IMG/VR virus record: IMGVR_UViG_3300037067_008746
DNA: 20,000 nucleotides
Origin: an uncultured virus (IMG/VR IMGVR_UViG_3300037067_008746)
Lineage: Duplodnaviria > Heunggongvirae > Uroviricota > Caudoviricetes
Reading direction: 5' to 3' (one strand)
The notes beneath the pieces are model-generated. The model ran no database searches. It had not been told where the DNA came from and saw only the letters and a list, made by a program, of their open reading frames with translations. Shown piece after piece: positions 8,486 to 15,459 of this stretch (position 1 is its first letter; each line of letters opens with the position of its first letter). The position numbers and the translations under genes are program-made.

Positions 8486-11400
8486 GTGGCAGATGCATGT
8501 TATGGAGAAGGCGACGCGGTGAGTGAACTACTCACCGCATCAAGCAAAACAACAAAAAAAACTACGGCAATATCGACACCATCTGAAATGGGAAAAAACA
8601 AAATAGACAAGATATTGGACCCACTAAGAACACTAGAAAAACAAGCACAAGAACATATAAATGATGCAAAGAAAACAGCAGAAATCGCTAAACAGAAACT
8701 TGACTATGGGAGCAGTGTAGAGCATGGTTCAGCAGGATCAAAGTTAAATGCAGCATTCGCAGACGCACAGGTAAAAGAATATCTAAAAACATTACCAACA
8801 AACGAATATGCAAAAATGCACAGTGATGTGCAGGGATGGTTCGGAGGAGAATTCGGAACACAAGGAGCAATGGCACGACAACTAGAAAAGGCATATAAAG
8901 ACGCAAGAATAGAAAAAATAATGCAATCGTTACCGAACACGAAAACAGGGGAAACAATAAAAGAACATTTAGATGAATTGAGTGGAAGAGGATATCTACA
9001 AGACGGAGATGTAACACAATTCGATATATTCGACAATAGATTAGATGATATCGCGACTATACGACAGAGTGACATATTCGATACATTAGATGCAGGTACA
9101 AGAAATCTCGACACAAATGACAAGATCGACATCGCATTGAGAAAAATAGAAACCGACACGACACTTCGACAAGAATTGCAACGACTGGGACAGGGAGGAG
9201 AAGAAATATATGAATCATTGACCGATGCCGGAAAGAAACAGGCGTCAATCGCACACAAAACAATAGTAAAAGCGGCAGATAAAGACAAAGGATTGACATA
9301 CGCAGACGTGAGATCGGCGCTGGACCAACTGAGAATAATATCAGAACAAGAAAAAGAACTCGCAACAATGAGCGAGACAGCAACACAGTTGAAAGCGACG
9401 ATAATACGTGAAAAGTTGCCGACGACACAATCAATTGATCGAATGTTATCACAAATCGAATCGACGCCGAATATGCGAGACAGGGGCACACTGGAATCAA
9501 TCGAACGAGACATAGAGAAAAACAAAATATTAGAACCAAAACGACAAGAAATAAGACAAAACGACTTCTACGAACAGTACAAAAATCGATTGGACCTGAA
9601 CACAGAAGAAGGAATAACAAAAGCAAGTGAAACATTAGACAACTACACAATAAAGGCGACAAAAGCGAGAACATTGCTAGAAGCAGACGCCGATGATATG
9701 AGAATGAGCGCGTCAATGCGTGGAACACTTGAGCGGGGATTGCAAAATCCAGCAAATATCGATGACATGGTACTAAACAACGCCGAAAAACAGATAACAG
9801 ACATATCAAATGATGAAGTAAATATATTAAACGCAATAAAGGCAAGAGACAGAGACATCCCAACATCGATGAAAAACACACTAACCGACCAAATAGAAGC
9901 GACAAAGAACGGGAAAAAAATAGACGCACAATTGGTGGAGAAGGCAAATAGACAAGCCGATATAATCGAAAACTACAATTTCAACGATATAACAGCAGAC
10001 AACATAGGAGAAAAACTAACAGAACTAAAGAAAAATCTAGGAGATAGCGAAGCAAATGAGTTCATGGGAAGATATTTCGACGAACAATTGAACAAGATAA
10101 ACAATGCCGTAATACCATTAACAAAAAGACAGAACGCTATCATTGATGACATAACGACAAGCATAAAAATAGAAAAACCGCCGATAGAAAAGGAGACGGT
10201 TGATGAACTAGCAGAGATAGTAAACAAAGTAAATTGGTCAGAAAATCGATTGCTGATGGAAAAAATGAGAGTGTTCGGACCACTAGGATACATAGACAAG
10301 CAAAATATATGGAAGGCAATGACAAAGACGGGACTGCGGCCAACTAAATCAATTTGGGGGATAACAAAATTTGGAGTGATCGGATTACCAGCATATTTCA
10401 TGTTTGCAGTATTCATAGAACAAAACGCATTTGAGGCGGTGTTCCAATTCGGATCATTCGGAAAAGAAGATGATTCGGCAGAAACGCTATTGTCTAAGTA
10501 TTTCGGAAAAGATACAATACAAAAGACATTTTTAGCAGGACACGACTTCATAAAAGCAATATACAATGGAATGGGCGCAATACCAATATACGGAGAATAT
10601 TTCCAAGCAATTACTATGATAATGTATTCAAACGTATTAGCACAGGACGGGAATCTGGAAGATATATACAACCACTTGGTAGAAAGAGGATTGGCAATTA
10701 AACTGGACACGCCAGACGAGAAAAACGGACTGCTATGGAGAGAAACAACTCAACTAGAGCGAAACGAAATATATAAAAATGATCCAAAAGCACTGTTCAT
10801 GAACGATGCATCATGGGTAGAAAAACAACTTGGAAACGAAAAGACCGGAATATTCAAACGCGGAAAAAGCGGGGAAGAATTGACAAAAACAAAGGCAATG
10901 GCACTATACTATGCAAACAAGGGAGGATACGACATAAGCATAACGAAATTCGGATTAACATCGGACGACTTGAACGACGAATCGATGATGATCGAAGTAA
11001 ACAAATACGGAGAAAAACACGATATCAGCGAAACGACAATACCATCTGGAAGTGGTGCAACTACAACGTCGGGAGCATATGAAAAGGCAATTGAAAACGC
11101 AATGAAACGTGAAGGACTAACAAGAGAACAAGCCATCCGAAACGTAGACGCTGAAATAAAATTCATGGGCGACCGCGACGGAATGTCAAGAGAAGACGCA
11201 TTACTAAAACTGACCGGGGTCGGGGGAGGAAGCGGAAGCGGCGGTGGAAGCAGTAGTAGAAGCAGTGAAAGCAGCTACGAATACGATGAAAAAAAATCCG
11301 AAACGAAAAAGGCAATGCCATCAGCATCACAGCAGCAATCATTAAACCAGGTGAAACGCGGAGAAAAGGAACTGAGCTACGAAGATGTGAACGCACTGAA

Positions 11401-11623
11401 AGTAGACGGGAAAGTAGACATAAAAACAGCAAAAGAGAATGGAATCGCCATCTCTGATTTAGCAGCAAAAGACAAAGAAGCAACTGTCGAAGGGTTCGAT
11501 GCATACGCTGAACAAATGAAAGAGGACAAGAAGATAGATAAATCCGACTGGACGCAGATGAAAGCAGAAGACAAAGACGCGGCAAGAGAAGCACTGCGAA
11601 GTGCATACGGATGTGGTAACTAA
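8486..11623 (+). CDS. Large helical protein with transmembrane segment; putative virion protein
   Basis: 1045 aa, GTG start after GGAGATGA; charged helical N-terminal part, hydrophobic IWGITKFGVIGLPAYFMFAVFI (~10352-10417), Gly/Ser linker (~11215-11275). Confidence 0.7.
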   Translation: MADACYGEGDAVSELLTASSKTTKKTTAISTPSEMGKNKIDKILDPLRTLEKQAQEHINDAKKTAEIAKQKLDYGSSVEHGSAGSKLNAAFADAQVKEYLKTLPTNEYAKMHSDVQGWFGGEFGTQGAMARQLEKAYKDARIEKIMQSLPNTKTGETIKEHLDELSGRGYLQDGDVTQFDIFDNRLDDIATIRQSDIFDTLDAGTRNLDTNDKIDIALRKIETDTTLRQELQRLGQGGEEIYESLTDAGKKQASIAHKTIVKAADKDKGLTYADVRSALDQLRIISEQEKELATMSETATQLKATIIREKLPTTQSIDRMLSQIESTPNMRDRGTLESIERDIEKNKILEPKRQEIRQNDFYEQYKNRLDLNTEEGITKASETLDNYTIKATKARTLLEADADDMRMSASMRGTLERGLQNPANIDDMVLNNAEKQITDISNDEVNILNAIKARDRDIPTSMKNTLTDQIEATKNGKKIDAQLVEKANRQADIIENYNFNDITADNIGEKLTELKKNLGDSEANEFMGRYFDEQLNKINNAVIPLTKRQNAIIDDITTSIKIEKPPIEKETVDELAEIVNKVNWSENRLLMEKMRVFGPLGYIDKQNIWKAMTKTGLRPTKSIWGITKFGVIGLPAYFMFAVFIEQNAFEAVFQFGSFGKEDDSAETLLSKYFGKDTIQKTFLAGHDFIKAIYNGMGAIPIYGEYFQAITMIMYSNVLAQDGNLEDIYNHLVERGLAIKLDTPDEKNGLLWRETTQLERNEIYKNDPKALFMNDASWVEKQLGNEKTGIFKRGKSGEELTKTKAMALYYANKGGYDISITKFGLTSDDLNDESMMIEVNKYGEKHDISETTIPSGSGATTTSGAYEKAIENAMKREGLTREQAIRNVDAEIKFMGDRDGMSREDALLKLTGVGGGSGSGGGSSSRSSESSYEYDEKKSETKKAMPSASQQQSLNQVKRGEKELSYEDVNALKVDGKVDIKTAKENGIAISDLAAKDKEATVEGFDAYAEQMKEDKKIDKSDWTQMKAEDKDAAREALRSAYGCGN

Positions 11624-13266
11624 TGGCTTGTGCATTAAAAGAAATAGAAAAAATGAAAGCAGACCTACAGAAAGGAGGAATGTCCGAAGCGGAAGCAGAA
11701 AAAGAGATAGCAACATTCATCGTAGTGCCACAAGACATCGTTGACGGCGGACTTGACGATAAAACAATGGTAGACGTTGTAAAATATAACAATTACGGAG
11801 ATCTGAAAACCACAGCATCAAACGAAGTTGCGGAGACGTGGGGAGTAGAGAAAACAATATCGAACGGACTGGAAAACGATGTTGAAATAATAAAAGCGTT
11901 CAAGGCAAAAGACATTGACATAGTAGCAATAGCGAACGTATTGGACGGAAGGTCATGGTACGACATACCACTGGAAACAAAGGGAAAAACAACGGAAGAA
12001 ATAAAGAAAAATGCGTCGGATTTAGTATCATTGGTGGCAGCGGGACATCCAGACGCAGTAAAATTCGTAAACAGCATCGCATCAGCGGCATTAACAGGGA
12101 ACGACGACGCTGAAAAACAATTGATAGCACTATGGGATATTCTTGGAACAGGCGGAATGTCGAAAGAATATGGAACAACGAAACCGGCTGGAAGAATAGA
12201 GCAATTTGAAAAAGTGACTAACGACATATATAACAAATATTACGACAACGTGTATAACGTGATGTATCCAGAAGAGAGCCTGAAGATAGAAAGCGGAAAC
12301 ATCACCTGGACAGATGCATTCGGAGAGAAACATAAAGCAACACTGACAGAAATGGGTGGAGAAGCGGTATATGATCCAACAACACGAACGATGAAAACAC
12401 TAAACGAGAAATATATACAACAAACGATTCAGATAGACAATTACACCAAACTACAATTGAATACGGGGGAATATGCAAAGGCGGTGCTCGCATACATAAT
12501 TGGATATCAGAACATTTCGCCCAATGATGTAAATGCACAAGAAACACTGGCAAACGAATTTGCGACAACCGTGTTTCCGAACGTGGAGAACCCAGCAGCA
12601 AACACAAACATGTGGGCTTGCACTGGATCGGGGTGTCTGGCCGCAAGCGGTAGTGGAAGTGGTGGCGGCGGGGGCGGAGGTGGCGGAGGAGGCGGGGGAG
12701 GGTCATCTGCCGGTAGCATAACAACGGAAATACTGTATATAGAATGCAACGTAACGACCGCATTGGTGTATGATAAATCAACAGGAAAATCAATCGGAAA
12801 CGTAAACGAATCGATAGAACTGACGAAGGGAACATACACAATACAAGTGAAAGCAGAAGGATACACGACGAGGGAAACAGTAATAGAAATAGGAAATTAC
12901 CCGGTATCGAAGACGATAAACCTGACAAAAGTGCCACCAAGCATATCAACATTCATAAACGGAATAGGCGGAATACAAAATCTGACAAAGGAGAAGTATC
13001 TGTATCTATTCTGCATATTGAAAATGCGAATGACATCAATGTATACATGGAAACAACTGGCAGACTCGGTGACGACAGTGCCATCTGCGGCAATACCAAC
13101 ATCGATTACGAAGTATGACGTATTATACATATATTATCTGGTGAACGGAGATGTATCGTCCGCACAAGCTCTGGTGGATGCCGAACAAGTAACATTACTA
13201 AGTGCAACCGGAGACGCGAGTAATGAACTCGATGAAACTGCAATCGGGACAACCGGAGGAATCTGA
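11623..13266 (+). CDS. Putative structural protein with poly-Gly linker and PEGA-like domain
   Basis: 547 aa; TAATG stop/start overlap; Gly run at 12661-12702 followed by LYIECNVTTALVY...GTYTIQVKAEGY (PEGA-like). Confidence 0.75.
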   Translation: MACALKEIEKMKADLQKGGMSEAEAEKEIATFIVVPQDIVDGGLDDKTMVDVVKYNNYGDLKTTASNEVAETWGVEKTISNGLENDVEIIKAFKAKDIDIVAIANVLDGRSWYDIPLETKGKTTEEIKKNASDLVSLVAAGHPDAVKFVNSIASAALTGNDDAEKQLIALWDILGTGGMSKEYGTTKPAGRIEQFEKVTNDIYNKYYDNVYNVMYPEESLKIESGNITWTDAFGEKHKATLTEMGGEAVYDPTTRTMKTLNEKYIQQTIQIDNYTKLQLNTGEYAKAVLAYIIGYQNISPNDVNAQETLANEFATTVFPNVENPAANTNMWACTGSGCLAASGSGSGGGGGGGGGGGGGGSSAGSITTEILYIECNVTTALVYDKSTGKSIGNVNESIELTKGTYTIQVKAEGYTTRETVIEIGNYPVSKTINLTKVPPSISTFINGIGGIQNLTKEKYLYLFCILKMRMTSMYTWKQLADSVTTVPSAAIPTSITKYDVLYIYYLVNGDVSSAQALVDAEQVTLLSATGDASNELDETAIGTTGGI

Positions 13267-14016
13267 TTGGTACTGTATGAGTCAAGAAAAACAACGCTGG
13301 TTGAGGCATTCGGTGAAGAGGGGTGCTTGACAGGCGATAGCTGGATGATAGCCACATTCCAAAACCTAAACGGAGAATTCACGTTGTACTCAGATGACGT
13401 GGAATTTATGTATAACAACCAACAATACTGCATACCAGAAGAAGACGTAGTGAACACGACGCTGATCGTAAGGGAATACAATGGTGTAAGCGCGGATATA
13501 ACCATCGAAGGAGAGGTGATCGGAAAGACAAATCGATTCATACCAATAGAAGCGGGAAATTACACCGCGACGATAAGCGCAGATGGATATGTGCCACAAG
13601 AAATAGCAGTGATAGTAAAAGACAAAACATCAAACGAATACAAATATGTGACACTGATAAAGGAAGAAGAAGAACCAGAGACAAATGGAGAAAGCGAATA
13701 CGGAACGGTGACGCCATTAGGAGCAATTCTAACACCAACAATGAACAACAAAACACCATCACCAATTGTAGCAGGAGACTACAATTGGTTTGGATGGGAA
13801 TTCACAAACACTGGCGACACAGCGTGGAAAGGAATGGTGGGCGTGAAACTGGTAGACACAAGTGGAAACGAGTTCTCGTGGACAGGAGACACAACGAAAA
13901 GGCAATCAATAGCAAAAGGAGAAACCAAGTATCTGTGGGCTTACTGCCTGGTGAATGACACAGTTGACGTAGAAAACATCAAGAACATATTCGCATTACT
14001 GACGAAAACGAATTAA
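13267..14016 (+). CDS. PEGA-like plus Ig-like beta-sandwich protein; candidate adsorption protein
   Basis: 249 aa, TTG start directly after the upstream stop; ADITIEGEVIGKT...GNYTATISADGY (PEGA-like); WEFTNTGDTAW...SIAKGETK (CARDB/Ig-like). Confidence 0.7.
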   Translation: MVLYESRKTTLVEAFGEEGCLTGDSWMIATFQNLNGEFTLYSDDVEFMYNNQQYCIPEEDVVNTTLIVREYNGVSADITIEGEVIGKTNRFIPIEAGNYTATISADGYVPQEIAVIVKDKTSNEYKYVTLIKEEEEPETNGESEYGTVTPLGAILTPTMNNKTPSPIVAGDYNWFGWEFTNTGDTAWKGMVGVKLVDTSGNEFSWTGDTTKRQSIAKGETKYLWAYCLVNDTVDVENIKNIFALLTKTN

Positions 14017-14058
14017 AGACCAAAACCGGAAGGCGCGGTCACGACTCCGCGCCTCGGT
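14017..14058. terminator. GC-rich hairpin between convergent genes
   Basis: AGGCGCGG-tcacgact-CCGCGCCT (14031-14054), extended by ACCG/CGGT (14025-14058); followed on the minus strand by TTTTGGTCTTT. Confidence 0.6.
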
Positions 14059-14152
14059 CCTGGCAGGAAGGAGACACACAGATCCAGCCGACACGAAACG
14101 ACCCCAGATACCACACCAAGTGCTTGAGGTGTATAGGAGAGCACATTGGCAT
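14039..14152 (-). CDS. 37-aa Cys/His micro-protein, possible zinc finger (not in ORF track)
   Basis: MPMCSPIHLKHLVWYLGSFRVGWICVSPSCQDRGAES*; RBS AGGTGGTG 7 nt upstream (14167-14160); stop lies in the hairpin loop. Confidence 0.6.
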   Translation of the reverse strand: MPMCSPIHLKHLVWYLGSFRVGWICVSPSCQDRGAES

Positions 14153-14173
14153 AACAATACACCACCTTTTAGA

Positions 14174-14218
14174 ATAAATATTTATCTATCAGATAGAGCG
14201 AGCAAAAGTATTATAAAG
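14174..14218. promoter_or_regulatory. Divergent promoter with palindromic operator
   Basis: Palindromes ATAAATATTTAT (14174-14185) and TCTATC-A-GATAGA (14185-14197); AAAAGTA-TTATAAA (BRE/TATA, 14204-14217) 25-30 nt upstream of ATG 14241; the TATA also reads TTTATAA on the minus strand. Confidence 0.65.
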
Positions 14219-14240
14219 AAGTATCTCTAATCAGTTTGTC

Positions 14241-14702
14241 ATGAGAAACATGAAGGCGCAGATACTGGCATCCAGAAAAAGGCGGGCAGACCGGCGAACG
14301 AGAAACGACATAAAACACGACATAATGAGAGCAATAAGCAATGACAACACACTAAAGAGAACAAACATTGCCAACAGATGCAACATAAACTACACGGTCG
14401 CAGTAGATTACACCGATGAAATGATGATGATAGACAAAACGATATCACGCGACGAAAAAGGAGTATTCTCGCTAACGGACATGGGCAGAGACGAAATATG
14501 CGAAAAAGAAATGGGAAAGGCCGCAATAACAAAAATAGTAAAAATCGCAATGGAATTCGCAGCAACTGACGTAATAGAATTCACAACAATGAACGGAGGA
14601 ACGTGCAAAGTCTGCGGAAACAGAGTTGTGCGTGGGAAAGGGCACAACGAAATGTGTGCATGGGCAAGACTGAGACAAATATCAAAAACACTGGGGAAAT
14701 AG
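14241..14702 (+). CDS. Archaeal winged-helix transcription regulator (HTH_45-like) with C-terminal zinc finger
   Basis: RRTRNDIKHDIMRAI...KRTNIANRCNINYTVAVDY...FSLTDMG matches the HTH_45 pattern; C-terminal CKVC-x9-H-x3-C. Confidence 0.8.
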   Translation: MRNMKAQILASRKRRADRRTRNDIKHDIMRAISNDNTLKRTNIANRCNINYTVAVDYTDEMMMIDKTISRDEKGVFSLTDMGRDEICEKEMGKAAITKIVKIAMEFAATDVIEFTTMNGGTCKVCGNRVVRGKGHNEMCAWARLRQISKTLGK

Positions 14703-14703
14703 A

Positions 14704-15384
14704 ATGAGCCAGGCACTGAGGGACCAGTTCGGTAATTACCACATAAAAGGAAAGAGCTACAAATCGATTACCACGGTAATAAAAGAAGAATGCCCGCATA
14801 TGGCACTTGATGCGTGGAAAGAAAGAACACCGGACTGGAAAACGGTAGGAAAAAAAGCAGCACTTTATGGAACGATGATGCACGTTCAATTACAGATGCA
14901 AGAACCAGACATCATACCAGTAGACATTCCGAGTGAAATGCCTTACTGGACGTGGCCGGATGACATGGAAGAAGAGCTGGCAGGAAGACTGGCACAATGG
15001 AAGTCACTTAACCTGGTACTCGAAAAACCGTGTCTGATAGAGCACACGATAGTAATAGAGAGGCACGATGCCGATGGTGATGTCCAGTGCGCAGGTACAT
15101 GGGATAGATGGGGGAAGGTAGACGGGATGCTGACGCTGCTGGACTGGAAAAGCTCGAAAAGCCCACAGAAATCACACCGAATTCAGATGGGAGCTTACTA
15201 CATCGGAGCAAAGGACGCGGGGATAGAAGTTGAATGGGGAATGATACCTTACGTGCGAAAAACCAGCATCGAGATCGTCGAAATGTCGCCCAGTGAAATG
15301 CAAGAAGCAGGAGAAAAATTCTTGGAACTAGCCAGAAAGTCTTATCTAAAGGTAAATGGAAAGAAGAACCAATGTCAACTTTGA
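14704..15384 (+). CDS. PD-(D/E)XK superfamily nuclease (RecB/phage exonuclease-like)
   Basis: YKSITTVI, AALYGTMMH, IEHTI, AGTWD, LLDWKSS, IQMGAY motifs. Confidence 0.85.
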   Translation: MSQALRDQFGNYHIKGKSYKSITTVIKEECPHMALDAWKERTPDWKTVGKKAALYGTMMHVQLQMQEPDIIPVDIPSEMPYWTWPDDMEEELAGRLAQWKSLNLVLEKPCLIEHTIVIERHDADGDVQCAGTWDRWGKVDGMLTLLDWKSSKSPQKSHRIQMGAYYIGAKDAGIEVEWGMIPYVRKTSIEIVEMSPSEMQEAGEKFLELARKSYLKVNGKKNQCQL

Positions 15385-15401
15385 TAAAAATGGAGAACTT
15401 A

Positions 15402-15439
15402 GAGTTTATCCCTGCGATCCCACTCGCAGGGAAAATCTC
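15402..15439. other. Intergenic hairpin upstream of the replicase
   Basis: TCCCTGCGA-tcccac-TCGCAGGGA perfect 9-bp stem (15409-15432), imperfectly extended by GAGTTT/AAATCTC. Confidence 0.65.
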
Positions 15440-15459
15440 AAACGCGGTGGTGCAACTAT

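Noticed and set aside
2915..13765. Many long minus-strand ORFs (e.g. 6401..7699, 8704..9525, 9057..9947)
   Set aside because: Antisense shadows of the A-rich + strand genes; Ser/Phe/Leu-rich with no motifs.
14017..14160. Structured ncRNA or ribozyme
   Set aside because: No hammerhead, HDV or tRNA consensus recognised; a minus-strand micro-ORF plus terminator explains the region.
14704..15384. Cas4
   Set aside because: Lacks the C-terminal three-Cys Fe-S motif of Cas4; a generic PD-(D/E)XK nuclease fits better.
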